Position numbers and translations under genes: made by a program. 64,000 nucleotides of DNA from Nibricoccus sp. (GTDB taxonomy: Bacteria > Verrucomicrobiota > Verrucomicrobiia > Opitutales > Opitutaceae). Below are positions 48,012 through 58,289 of the stretch, in pieces. How positions within the stretch are numbered: position 1 is the first letter of the stretch; every line of letters begins with the position of its first letter. The notes under the pieces were generated by a model. That model was not told where the DNA came from and searched no databases. It saw nothing but the letters and a program-made list of their open reading frames with translations. The stretch covers positions 1,856,001 to 1,920,000 of the forward strand of contig JASGHG010000001.1 of NCBI GenBank assembly GCA_047602425.1, read 5' to 3'.

Positions 48012-50714
48012 TTAGGCGTTGGCAATAATGGCCTCGACGATGTTGGCGTGGCCTCTGAGTGCTTTCTGGCGTTGATCGAAATGCGCACCAGAACTCGACG
48101 CGCAGTAGAGCATCTCCCGCGAGGCGACGTTGCGCATCGTCACGATCAGCGGCCTGCGCTCATCGGTGTGGTAGTAGGTGAACTGCGAATACTTCTTCCC
48201 GATGAGTTTTTCCGGTTCCGGGTGACTCATCACAGCATCCTTCGCGGCATCGGGAATCGGGAAATCTTGCGCGAGATCTTCGATGTCGGAACGATCGCTC
48301 TGGCGGAGCAGGAAAAGAATACGGCTGTTGCCGAGCACAGCACCGCGAATATCAGACGACTTGAACTGCTCGTAATTCTGAACCGTCGCGACGTTCCAGA
48401 CATTGTACTTGCGGAGCTGTTGATAGGATTCGCGCAGAACTTTCCGACCGGACGGAACGAGAGAGAAGCGCGCGACCTCTTCGAAGATGTTTCGTTTTCG
48501 TAGCCCGCGAGGCAGACGCATCATGTGCGAGCGCGTGTAGTTCGCGATGAGGAACGCGGCGGCAGCCTTCAGCTCCTCGGCCGATTCTGGAATGTAGCCC
48601 AGCTCAAAATGCGCGATCTTGCCGGTTAGGTTTACGTTTGAGACGCCGTCGAAGAGTTCGCCGTAGCTGCCGCCGGCCGACCACGGTTCGAGCAACGTGG
48701 CAAGATAGCGCATTTCGTCCGCATGCGGGCCGGAGGCTTCCGCCGACAACAATTCCTGCAAGTGGCCGTGTTGCGGTTGTTCGGCCGGTGTGAACCGGGA
48801 AAAAATCAAATCGCGAATTTGCTGCGCGCCGGCTGCCTCCTTCGCGAAACGTGTGACCTCGCCATCGTCGGCCCGAGCGACGAGGGTCGCTGCTTCATCC
48901 GCCTTCGATGTTTCGAATTCGGCGAATTCGAGAAAGGCGTCGAGTTCGGTGGCCTGTGGCCCCATGCGCTCGCGCCGGTACGCATCCAGCGCGTAGGCGC
49001 GGCGGGCCAGCGCCATCCGCTCATCCGGATGTTTGTTCAGATACCAGCGCGAGAAGTCTTCGTACAAACGCCCAATGGCGTTTGAGAGGAGCGCCTGCCG
49101 CAGTTTGGTGCGGTCTTCGTCTTTCGACTGCCCGACCATGAGCATTGGCAGCGCCGCCGCCGCACTTAGGTGCAACCCGGACAGCGGCAGACCGCGCGTA
49201 TCCAGGTAGTTCATGGTTAGCTTTCCATTCGCTTGAACGATGATCGGCTCCGTCGTCGGATCGACGGTTTTGGCGTAGGTCGTGTAGGATTCGCCTTCCT
49301 CCACGATCATCGTGTAGTAGTAAAATGGTTCGGTCTGCGTGAGAATATCGATGACATTAACGCTCTTTCCCGAGCCGGTCGTACCGATCACGACTGCGTT
49401 CTGCGGAGTCTGACTGCTGCCCTCGCCAACGAACGTACGGCCACCGACAAGATTCCCGTTCGATCCTTCGTAGATGAACTCGGCGTGATCGAGATGCCCT
49501 ATTGGCGTCGAAGAAAAGGGAAGAATGTTTGCGACTAGCGCGTCATCGTAGTCGTGCCAAAGTGAATTGTAGCGGCTGAAGGACCACCCCGGCCAGGTGC
49601 AGTAGAAGAAATTCCGCGCCGAAGGTTCAAGCGCCGGTTCGTAGGCCTGCGCCCGCTCCATGCTCGCGACCGCCGCTTTCAGCGCGGTCAGCTTTGCACG
49701 CAATTCTTCACGGCTGCGATCCCACGCACGGATGATGTATTGAATACGGTACGGTGAACTGTCGCCGTTGGAGTACCGCGCGATCTTCGCGGCCTTTGTC
49801 TTCATGGCCGCCAGGAGCTTTACTTTCTTTAGGCTCTCATAGTCGCCCTCGACGCGGTTCAGCTCCTTCTGCTCCTTCTCGATCAACTCCTCCACATCGA
49901 CCGACTCGACGTTGACCGTGATGGCATATTCACGGAAGCCGAGCTTCGTGAGGATATACGCGATGCTGGGGCGTGTACGTTTCGGAAGCGATTTCAGCAC
50001 CAGCATCCCGTGGTAGTATCCATCGAGGTAAAATCCGGCGTCCGGTTTTTCGAGCGGCCGGCCTTCGCCGTGCCAGCAGTTCTCTTGGATCGATTTTGTC
50101 GGATCAAAAAATTCGAGCGGATCAGTCACCCGTTGTTCCGGCAGCGACGGATTCAGAAATTCGACATAGTGAAGAAAATGATCGGCGTTTGTCATGGCGC
50201 GCACTTGGCCGCCGCTACCACCGAAGAGTGCCTGCAAAAATTGGCCGGTCTGTTTGAATTGCTCGCTGTAAGCATTGAGCAATGCCTCGCTGGTCAGCCG
50301 GCCCGCGTTCTGCCCGAGTGCATCGGCATCGACCGGCATCGTAAAGTAGAGCCGCAGCCGTTCGCGGCGGAGCACACCTTCCTCAGCAAGCCGCGAGTAG
50401 CGCACAAAGCGTTCGTTGCGCTGCCGTGTGCTCCACGCATTCGTCGAGTGCTTAACCGTATCATCCCGGTAATGCTGAAGCGCCGTGCGGTAGTTCGAAT
50501 CGGTTGCCCACTGCACCTGCATCCGCCAGTCAGGTTTCAACACGGACAGTAATGCGACGAGATCGGACTCGAAGGCATTGTGATGAATCGGATCGGCCTG
50601 CTCCAGATCGGGCGCAATGATTTCAAAGCCCCGCGAAACGAAGCCGCCGCGATGTAGGCCTTCGAAGACAATCATGTCTTCACCAAAGTATCCGTCTGGT
50701 GCTTCAACACGCAT
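48012..50714 (-). CDS. virB4: VirB4-family conjugative ATPase
   Basis: Walker A GTTGSGKS, Walker B IFEEVAR, QLRKYN...ATVQ, LLRQ; 900 aa. Confidence 0.88.
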   Translation of the reverse strand: MRVEAPDGYFGEDMIVFEGLHRGGFVSRGFEIIAPDLEQADPIHHNAFESDLVALLSVLKPDWRMQVQWATDSNYRTALQHYRDDTVKHSTNAWSTRQRNERFVRYSRLAEEGVLRRERLRLYFTMPVDADALGQNAGRLTSEALLNAYSEQFKQTGQFLQALFGGSGGQVRAMTNADHFLHYVEFLNPSLPEQRVTDPLEFFDPTKSIQENCWHGEGRPLEKPDAGFYLDGYYHGMLVLKSLPKRTRPSIAYILTKLGFREYAITVNVESVDVEELIEKEQKELNRVEGDYESLKKVKLLAAMKTKAAKIARYSNGDSSPYRIQYIIRAWDRSREELRAKLTALKAAVASMERAQAYEPALEPSARNFFYCTWPGWSFSRYNSLWHDYDDALVANILPFSSTPIGHLDHAEFIYEGSNGNLVGGRTFVGEGSSQTPQNAVVIGTTGSGKSVNVIDILTQTEPFYYYTMIVEEGESYTTYAKTVDPTTEPIIVQANGKLTMNYLDTRGLPLSGLHLSAAAALPMLMVGQSKDEDRTKLRQALLSNAIGRLYEDFSRWYLNKHPDERMALARRAYALDAYRRERMGPQATELDAFLEFAEFETSKADEAATLVARADDGEVTRFAKEAAGAQQIRDLIFSRFTPAEQPQHGHLQELLSAEASGPHADEMRYLATLLEPWSAGGSYGELFDGVSNVNLTGKIAHFELGYIPESAEELKAAAAFLIANYTRSHMMRLPRGLRKRNIFEEVARFSLVPSGRKVLRESYQQLRKYNVWNVATVQNYEQFKSSDIRGAVLGNSRILFLLRQSDRSDIEDLAQDFPIPDAAKDAVMSHPEPEKLIGKKYSQFTYYHTDERRPLIVTMRNVASREMLYCASSSGAHFDQRQKALRGHANIVEAIIANA

Positions 50715-50716
50715 GG

Positions 50717-51316
50717 TTATTCCGTCTCCGCGAGCGCCTCTTCGAGCAGCTCTTCCGTAGTTTCAAGTTTCTCCTGCAATTGGTCGTATTCCGAGCGCGC
50801 TACCACTGGTTGTGGTTTCGCGCGTTCGGATTTTTTCTTCTCTGAGTCGTGCCCTGAATCGTCTGGTTTCGCTGGCGCACGTGAGACCGTGCGACGGCTC
50901 CGCTTGTCGGAAGATGATGTGCGAGCACTCGACTGCACGGCCGATTGCGCAGTCTGCAACTGATCCGCGTCAGCGATGAATGGATTCGGCAGGCGCTGAG
51001 CACGGGGACCAAAGCAGAAGGAAACCACGCCCGCTTCCACGAGCGCAGATTCAAAGAAATCCGTGTCGTAGTGCTCGGGTTTGTTGTTTTTCAGGGCGAA
51101 TACATACGCTAACGAACCACTGCATAGTACCAGTCCGACAAACAAGCACAGCAGCAGCGAAACGCCCAGAACGCCCCAGAGAAGGATAACCATCATGATG
51201 GTCGCACCCCCGGAGCCCAGCAGGTACCAACCGGAATTGCCGGTCATCCCAAGGAATTCTCCAGAAGACTGCGCACCCTGATTGGCGTCGTGTTCGTTCA
51301 GCTGCATGCTGTTCAT
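50717..51316 (-). CDS. VirB3-like membrane protein
   Basis: Two TMs then NNKPEHY; between the pilin-like gene and VirB4. Confidence 0.55.
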   Translation of the reverse strand: MNSMQLNEHDANQGAQSSGEFLGMTGNSGWYLLGSGGATIMMVILLWGVLGVSLLLCLFVGLVLCSGSLAYVFALKNNKPEHYDTDFFESALVEAGVVSFCFGPRAQRLPNPFIADADQLQTAQSAVQSSARTSSSDKRSRRTVSRAPAKPDDSGHDSEKKKSERAKPQPVVARSEYDQLQEKLETTEELLEEALAETE

Positions 51317-51331
51317 GTTTGTGTCGCGTGA

Positions 51332-51745
51332 TTATTGTCCGAAGGAACTGACGCCGGCGGCTTCGAGCCCCATGTTGCCCCACATCGTCTTGACGATCGC
51401 AAAGGCCAGGCCACTCACCATCGCGCCGGCAAAAGCCCATTTCGCGATGGATTGCCGCCCCATCATCATCGCTACACCGGCAGCGACGATGCCGACGGCG
51501 GCAAAGATGCCGCTCAGGTACATGATGATGGCGTTACCTGATTCCGTCGCAGTGCGCAGATCGACGGCCTGAGCATGCGACAAGGTCGGGATCGCAATCA
51601 CAGCAAAAGCCATGAGCATCTGTTTTCGCCGATCTCCGCTTACCACCTGCAAACGATTCGCCGAATACAGATGCAGTGCTTTTGCCAACAATACCGAACC
51701 AACTACCAACGCCACATAGGGCATTACTTCGATCAAGATTATCAT
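51332..51745 (-). CDS. VirB2/TrbC-like pilin
   Basis: Signal ending SHA-QA, two hydrophobic helices; first gene of the operon; start uncertain. Confidence 0.65.
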   Translation of the reverse strand: MIILIEVMPYVALVVGSVLLAKALHLYSANRLQVVSGDRRKQMLMAFAVIAIPTLSHAQAVDLRTATESGNAIIMYLSGIFAAVGIVAAGVAMMMGRQSIAKWAFAGAMVSGLAFAIVKTMWGNMGLEAAGVSSFGQ

Positions 51746-51878
51746 AGGTACATCTCCGCTAAGTTGAGTCGGCACTTGTGGGGGCCGGAACCCACGCGAT
51801 TAGCTACGTCCTTCAGTAAGGAAAATCGCGCTGGTAAACTTCTTCCGAGCGACGATTAACAAGACAATGTTAGGCCCC

Positions 51879-51894
51879 TACCGAAATTTCGGTA
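51879..51894. promoter_or_regulatory. Perfect 16-bp palindrome upstream of the tra operon
   Basis: TACCGAAATTTCGGTA. Confidence 0.7.
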
Positions 51895-52099
51895 TGCGTA
51901 GTTGGGAACAAATCCCTAAAAGACTCCAACGCCTCAAAAGCGCTAAATCACCCTATGAAGCGATGCATATTAGCCGGGAAAAATCAAATCTGTTGCAATA
52001 CCGGCTTCTCGATCAATTACGTCCAACGGCTTGATGTAATTTCATTTTATTCTCAAGGAGAATAATTCCGGATGAGAATATCTCTACTCTCGGTTCGTC

Positions 52100-52348
52100 G
52101 TGAAACGAGCCGAGAACAAAGCATCTGCCAGACGTAATATCACCGGTGCCGCCATCCGCCGAGTCCGCTTGGCCGCGGTGCCAAAGATTACACAGGAAGA
52201 CATGGTCGGCCGTCTGGCTCGTCACGGCATATTGGTAAACCAATCTCAAGTAGCCAAAATTGAAAATGGGGAACGTCCGATTCTCGACTTTGAATTGGCT
52301 GCCGTCGCCAAGGCCCTGCGGGTTCCTGTGCAAGCGTTCTTCGAGTAA
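52100..52348 (+). CDS. XRE-family HTH regulator
   Basis: IRRVR...ITQEDMVGRL...NQSQVAKIENGER; divergent from the tra operon. Confidence 0.85.
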   Translation: MKRAENKASARRNITGAAIRRVRLAAVPKITQEDMVGRLARHGILVNQSQVAKIENGERPILDFELAAVAKALRVPVQAFFE

Positions 52349-52367
52349 TATTCCGTAACCCGCCGAT

Positions 52368-52754
52368 TCATGGCAGGAGAAGGTCCGGTTGAAGAGCACC
52401 GGCTTTGCCGGTCTGCTTACCCTTCTGTTTTCCAAACCGCATCTCCGTTACAAACGTGTCGGCTTCGCGTTCCCGATCCTGTCCTAAGTCTGGTTGCGCC
52501 CGCACACGCACAAGTGTCCGATCTTCGATCGCCAAGAATAGAGGCCCAAGGTTATAACCATGCATGACGACAACCCATTCTCCGATTTCTATACCGATAC
52601 AATCAGGTTCGGCATAATGCCAGCGCGCTTCGACGTAGTGCAGCCATGGAATGTTTCGCTTCAACTCCTTGCCATCGTCAAACGTGACATGGCTTGGATT
52701 CGCCGACGTGTCGAAGTGCAGCTTCGGTTTACGGAGTACAGTTGCGGGCGTCAT
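52368..52754 (-). CDS. Hypothetical protein coupled to the relaxase
   Basis: ATGA overlap with the relaxase stop; 128 aa. Confidence 0.65.
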   Translation of the reverse strand: MTPATVLRKPKLHFDTSANPSHVTFDDGKELKRNIPWLHYVEARWHYAEPDCIGIEIGEWVVVMHGYNLGPLFLAIEDRTLVRVRAQPDLGQDREREADTFVTEMRFGKQKGKQTGKAGALQPDLLLP

Positions 52755-55471
52755 AGGTTTTGGCGTTCGCCGTGGGTTTCACCGCGTCTCAGCCTGTCGG
52801 CCACTGCGAGCCAGGCATTTCGCAGATGCGAGCGCAGCCGGCGCACCGGACGCGGCACAAGTGTTTCGTTTTCGGAAAGGCGGTGCCGTTCCATAAACTC
52901 CGTTGCGAGCTCACGCCCATCGTCCGTCTGTGCGAGGCGACGCAAAATTTCCTCCTTTTGCGAAACGTAGATCGCGTGCGCGCCACGAAAACGCGTGTTA
53001 CCAACGTAGAATTGCCGCCGTGCCAGCGCGCGTGTCGCAACTTCGCCAAGCACGAGCAACGAATCTTCTGACGTGCTCCCTTGTGAGCGATAGGAAGTGA
53101 GCGCATGACCGTAGGTCCAGGCTGCGAAATCCGGCGGCAGTTCGCTGCCGTCATTGAAAACAATTTTGTTCGCAGCGGGATCGACTGTCGCCACTTCCTT
53201 GAAATCACCGTTCGCGAAGCCCGCATCATCGTTGCGCCCGCGAATCAACAACCGGTCGCCAGCAGCAACCACCAGTGTTTGCGCACGACCCACGTCAAAC
53301 GCCGCGCGTTGCTTGCGCGTGATTTTCGCTTCGCGCCCCTTCGGCCCGCGCACACGCACACCGTCTGGCCTGATTTCGATCACCTCAGTCGCGACACCAC
53401 GTTTGAAAAACCGGGTGTCGCGCGTGAAGAGCAATCTATCGCCAACTTTGTATTGGTCCCAATGAGCCTTTTGTTCCGCCGTCCAAGTGAGGGGCTTCAC
53501 TGCTTCGCGCGTGACTTCAGTCGCACCGAGCAGGCCGGCCTGCCGGAGCGCCGGACGAACATGGCTGTTGAAACGTTCGATTTCCTCCCAGAAGGGAATC
53601 ACGACCAGTGTCTCGATTCCCTTCACGCGATTGCCGACGTAATGCTCTGCCGCGCGGGAAAACAAAACGTCGTCGTTTTCCGTTTCACGAATAAGTCCGC
53701 GCCGATCAGCGAAGGCAAAGGCCTCGGCAACGTCACCTGACGCAAGCAAGCGACTGAATCGTCGATCAGCTTCGTTACGTTGGCGCAGCACTTCCGCGAG
53801 GCGAACAACCGGCGTGCCCGAATGTGCGATGACATTGCGCAGAGCATCGCCGCGTTCGACACTGTAATGTTGTTTCGTGTCACCGACGAGGAGGATACGG
53901 GCACGAACTTCCATCGCGAGCTTCGTGAGCTGATCGAGTTGTTGTGTGGACAAGAGTCCGGCTTCATCGACCAACACCACGCGACCCGCTGCCTCTGCCT
54001 GCATTGCTTCGCTCACGAGAAAACGCTGCACGGTATCCGCGCTGGCAAATCCACTTTCGGTCATGGCATCTCGTGCTCGCGTGGTTGGTGCAAGCGACAT
54101 GAAACGTTTCCCGCCGACCGCAACATGCGCGCCTTCAAGCGCAGTCAGTACGGTCGTCTTGCCCGTGCCGGCGTCACCAATCAGCACGCTCACGAAATCC
54201 CGACTGCCAAGGATCGCCTTCGCTGCGTTGCGCTGACCAACCGTAAGCGAGGCGGGCAGATGCGCGGCGTCACCGAGTGCGAAGCGTTGATTGCGGCCCG
54301 TAATCATACGCTGCACCGTCGCAGTTTCCTCGCGTCGGATCATGCGCAGCGTCATCTCGCCTTCCTTGCGAATCGCGTCGGGGTGCGACTCCAATGCCTG
54401 GCGGAGTTCGTGCCAGCGATAGAAATCGGGATGCAACTCCAGCGCGGCGCTTAACACGACTCCTTCGCGCGCTACGCTATTTCGCTCGTAGACGTGCCGC
54501 AGTGCTGCTTCCAACACGGTCTGCGCGCTGCCGTGCGACCATTGCTGACGCAAAGGTTCGGCACGCGCGGCGCGCACGAGATTTTCCAAACGAATCGTTT
54601 CGTCGTCGTTTAACTCCGCACGCTGCTTTGATCTGACTTCCGACGTGCTGACTTCGGTAAGCTTGTCCGCACGCGATTCGCGAACGAGGACTTCGATTTC
54701 GCGCTTCGTGGCCTTGCGGCCTTTCTCCGCTGCGAATGCTTCCGTGAGTTTCTGAACGTGATTCGTGCGTTTCGAAAAACGCTCCCGCAAATGCTCGACG
54801 CCACGAATCGAAAACCCTTTCGAATTCATTTCATACGGCTCGTAACCAAGCGCGCGAAGCCGGCCAGCCAACTCGCGATAAAGCACCTGCCGCAGATATG
54901 GCGAGGCGCGGAGCATTTCAGCCGGTTGCAATGCGAGCCATGCTTTTCGCCCCGAATCCCAAGTCACATTCGCGAGGACCGCATGTGCGTGTAACTGCGG
55001 ATCGAGGTCGCGGCTGGCGTCATGAATGAACAACCCGCCTGCAAAATTTTGCGTCAACCGATAAGCCTCAGTCATGTTTGATTCGCCCCGTCTCTCGCGC
55101 ACGGCCGCAAAACGTTCCATCTCCGCAAGGGTCACTTTCACAGTTTCGATGAACGCAACACGCACCCGATCATCGCCGCCAACCATCGCGAGTACACTCA
55201 CGTCCTTCGGCGCGGAAAGTTGAATATCAACGAAAGCCACTTGGCGATTCCCATCACCCTTGGTCAAAAGTTCGCCTGAACCCGGATGACGATTGCAGCG
55301 AAGCGCCTCAAACGGTTCGTCGGTAATCTTACCCGACAAACCGAGCGCCTTGGCACCTTCACCGATCCATTCGCCAGCGACAGCCTTTTCGCCTTCCGCC
55401 CAATAATCGTTCTTCTGCAAGTGCTGCGAAAGGTAGGTGGCTCCGTTGCGAATGATTCCGACCGTGATCAT
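52751..55471 (-). CDS. MOBF (TrwC/TraI-like) relaxase-helicase
   Basis: NDYW, GEWIGEGA..LGL, DIQLSAPKDVS, HDASRDLDPQLHAH, FSKR; helicase GDAGTGKT, VDEAG, GDTKQ, TSYRSQG. Confidence 0.92.
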   Translation of the reverse strand: MITVGIIRNGATYLSQHLQKNDYWAEGEKAVAGEWIGEGAKALGLSGKITDEPFEALRCNRHPGSGELLTKGDGNRQVAFVDIQLSAPKDVSVLAMVGGDDRVRVAFIETVKVTLAEMERFAAVRERRGESNMTEAYRLTQNFAGGLFIHDASRDLDPQLHAHAVLANVTWDSGRKAWLALQPAEMLRASPYLRQVLYRELAGRLRALGYEPYEMNSKGFSIRGVEHLRERFSKRTNHVQKLTEAFAAEKGRKATKREIEVLVRESRADKLTEVSTSEVRSKQRAELNDDETIRLENLVRAARAEPLRQQWSHGSAQTVLEAALRHVYERNSVAREGVVLSAALELHPDFYRWHELRQALESHPDAIRKEGEMTLRMIRREETATVQRMITGRNQRFALGDAAHLPASLTVGQRNAAKAILGSRDFVSVLIGDAGTGKTTVLTALEGAHVAVGGKRFMSLAPTTRARDAMTESGFASADTVQRFLVSEAMQAEAAGRVVLVDEAGLLSTQQLDQLTKLAMEVRARILLVGDTKQHYSVERGDALRNVIAHSGTPVVRLAEVLRQRNEADRRFSRLLASGDVAEAFAFADRRGLIRETENDDVLFSRAAEHYVGNRVKGIETLVVIPFWEEIERFNSHVRPALRQAGLLGATEVTREAVKPLTWTAEQKAHWDQYKVGDRLLFTRDTRFFKRGVATEVIEIRPDGVRVRGPKGREAKITRKQRAAFDVGRAQTLVVAAGDRLLIRGRNDDAGFANGDFKEVATVDPAANKIVFNDGSELPPDFAAWTYGHALTSYRSQGSTSEDSLLVLGEVATRALARRQFYVGNTRFRGAHAIYVSQKEEILRRLAQTDDGRELATEFMERHRLSENETLVPRPVRRLRSHLRNAWLAVADRLRRGETHGERQNL

Positions 55472-55517
55472 GCAACCATCACGGTCGAACTCATCACTTA
55501 CCTCAACAGAGCGCGCC

Positions 55518-55556
55518 CTCCGTGTTTGGTGTAGAGAGCCTACCGTAATCGGTGTA
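55518..55556. promoter_or_regulatory. Tandem 16-bp operator-like boxes upstream of the relaxase
   Basis: CTCCGTGTTTGGTGTA (55518-33), 7 bp, TACCGTAATCGGTGTA (55541-56). Confidence 0.6.
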
Positions 55557-55721
55557 TCAGCCCGAATATTTTTTGCGCGTTTTCGGAGATCATTGGCTAC
55601 GACAAGCGGTGTTGGTTTTCGGAAGGCCCCCGTGCTTTTTTGGAAACAGACGCAATACCCGCTTGAGTTCGCGGTTATCTGAAATCAGCAAAAAAGCGCC
55701 CCACACCAGGCAGCCAGCATC

Positions 55722-55737
55722 TACCGTTTTTTCGGTA
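55722..55737. promoter_or_regulatory. 16-bp operator-like box upstream of the coupling protein
   Basis: TACCGTTTTTTCGGTA, flanked by C and G. Confidence 0.6.
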
Positions 55738-55794
55738 GGTGGCCATTCTCGCGACTCCAGTGCTGTAATGGTGCATTAGGTGCACCGACACGCG

Positions 55795-57422
55795 ATGAAA
55801 CGACTCCCGGCACCCGAAATTTTGATCCGCCAATGGCTACATAATCCGCATGCCGTCACGGTTGCGACGTTCGTTTTGGCGGGCATTTTCCTTGGGATTG
55901 CGGGCTGGTTGATCCACCGAAATCTCCGCCACAATGAACCGGGTCTGCGTGCGCCGTTGGCATTGCCGTTCGCTTTGATCATCTCCGCTGCCGGAGTTTT
56001 CGGCGCATGGCGGCTCCCGTCGCCATGGAATATTGGAACAGGCGCAGTTGTGTGTGCGCTCGCCGCGTTACTATTCTACTACGCTGATCATCGGCGGTGG
56101 GTTCGTGACCCAGTTGGCAAGATCGTCGCGGATCGCTGGCAAATTGTCCTCACGTTTGCTGGCTTCCGGTGGACACGCGACAAAGCCAACCGGCATTTCT
56201 TTTTCTCCGGTGACACCGGCTCTGGCAAAACCTCCGGCATGAACGGACCTTGCTCGCTGCGTTGATTCGCCGCAACCCGACGCTTGGCGGAGTAGTCATG
56301 GCGAACAAAGGCGACGAGTGGTTTTATCTCGAATGGCTCGCCAAAAAATACGGTCGTACTCAGGACATCATCCGCCTTCGGCCGCGTTTGGTGGGTGAAA
56401 CAGGCAAACCGCTCCACCGGCTTAATGTCACGGGCGACGCACGACTGCCGTTTACCACGCGCGCCCGAATTCTCGTGGATACCGCCGCCGCCCTAAATCC
56501 GAAGGACGAAAAGAGCTTTTTCAAAGTGAAAGGCGCAGCCCATATCGGCCGGGCATTCGAACTTTTGGCCGACATCGGCCGGCCAGTCACCGCAACCAAC
56601 GCCTATGATTTACTCACATCAGAAAAGGAACTACGTGCCGCACTCGACAAACTCACCGAAATCGATCCGACCGAACGTCGTATCCGTTTAGCTGAGACAT
56701 TTGAACAGACCTATCTCAAGCATGAGGCAAAAGAGCAGCGCGCCGGTGAAATCGGCACTTCACAAAACTATCTCGAATACCTCGGCACTCCGGAAATCGC
56801 AGAAATCTTCAGTTCAAATGAACCTGATACGTGCTCCATCGCCGATGTAGATAAGGGCAAAATCTTCTGCATCGACGTTCCCCAGGACTATACAACCGAA
56901 CGCCAGTATATATTCACTGTCGCAAAATTGCTGCTCTATCGACACGCCCTCCGCCGCTACGCGCTGCCGCCGTATCAGAAATACACACTCAACCAGCTCA
57001 TTTTTGTCGGCGATGAATTTCAAAATGCCATCACCGCCAGCCACGACGGCACGAGTGATTTTAACGTGATCGATCGCTTGCGTGATTGTATGTTGATGCT
57101 GGTTGTATCGGCGCAGGCTTTCGAATCGCTCATCCCGCCACAGACCAAGGAGCAGGCCGAAGTGTTTGCACTCAATTTAAAGAATCTCTTCATGTACCGC
57201 GCGGCGTCAGAACTCGACGCACTTCGCTGCGCAAACGCCCTCGGCAAGCACTGGGTCGAACGCGCGTCACGGACAGTGCATCAAGATCATACCGCGCACA
57301 CTTATCAGCGAATGGAGGAATTTTTGATCAAGCCACATGAGTTTCGAAACCTCCCCGACCACGTCGCCGTCGTACGGCATTGCACGAACGGTTTTAAAAA
57401 AGTTAACCTCCGCCCCTCCTAG
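55795..57422 (+). pseudogene. Type IV coupling protein (VirD4/TraD-like), frameshifted near 56248
   Basis: ORF1 has TMs and Walker A GDTGSGKT then stops at 56265; ORF2 (56250-57422) continues LLAALIRR with Walker B FVGDEFQ. Confidence 0.8.
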
Positions 57423-57442
57423 TACCCCACCACCCGAACCCG

Positions 57443-57724
57443 ATGAATTCCGCAGACAAATCAGAAATCAGCGTGCAGACATTGCTCGCACTCCGCCAGG
57501 AAAGTGACGCCCTTCGTATCATTACCGAAAAACTCCGCGTGAAGGAGATGGGGCCAGCCGACCACATCCGGACCAAACACGAGGTAAAAGCGTTTATGGA
57601 ATCGGGTGATATCAATGCTGCAAAAGCCCTCATTAGTCGCTCACGGGCGCGCATGCCGCTCGATGAACTAACAAGAGAGCAGGTCGCTCAACGCCAGAAA
57701 TCGCAACAAAACCAGGGGGTTTGA
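57443..57724 (+). CDS. Hypothetical protein (93 aa)
   Basis: ORF 20 bp after the coupling protein; helical. Confidence 0.55.
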   Translation: MNSADKSEISVQTLLALRQESDALRIITEKLRVKEMGPADHIRTKHEVKAFMESGDINAAKALISRSRARMPLDELTREQVAQRQKSQQNQGV

Positions 57725-57913
57725 AGTTCTTACGCGGTCAACAATTAGCGCCTTGAAAGCGCAAGCGGTCGGCTAAACAAAAGTTGTATTTGGTGACTCG
57801 ACTATCACGTTTTCCGAGGTAATGCATGTCCATTGGTTTTAGCCATCGCCCCCAGGCTCAAAACCAATAGGTAATTTTCCGAAAGGTATTGGTTTGGTCA
57901 GCGAATCCTGCGA

Positions 57914-58288
57914 TCAGTTCGCGATTTTCAATAAATCACCGATCCCGTTCAGATTGCGCCTAGCGGTCAAAAATCCAATGCCTCGGATAATATGATTGCG
58001 CAACAATTCCGAAATTACTTCCCGAGTCGCCGGTGTCCTTTCTATATGTGCGCGTTGAATCAATAGCGCCGAATAGATCTCGGCGTACTCGCCAGCGAAA
58101 GTCTTCCAGGACATTTCAACTGCAGCTTCGCCGCTAACTTTCAGTCGCGGTGGGCTATTTTTATCGGCGATGGAAAGGCAAAACGCCCAACGGCAAAGTA
58201 CATTCCAGTTCTCAATGCCTGTAATGCGTTTCAGTCGTATGAGCTGATCGCGGGATTGTTGGCCAAGACGAATATTGTCGATGAGCAT
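57914..58288 (-). CDS. dndE: DNA sulfur modification protein DndE
   Basis: LIRLKRITGIENWNVLCRWAFCLS...EMSWKTFAGEY...HIIRGIGFL. Confidence 0.92.
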   Translation of the reverse strand: MLIDNIRLGQQSRDQLIRLKRITGIENWNVLCRWAFCLSIADKNSPPRLKVSGEAAVEMSWKTFAGEYAEIYSALLIQRAHIERTPATREVISELLRNHIIRGIGFLTARRNLNGIGDLLKIAN

Positions 58289-58289
58289 T

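Noticed and set aside
55521..55537. CGTGTTTGGTGT^AGAG as a MOBF nic site
   Set aside because: Resembles known nic sequences only loosely and is better explained as part of the 16-bp box repeated at 37409 and elsewhere.
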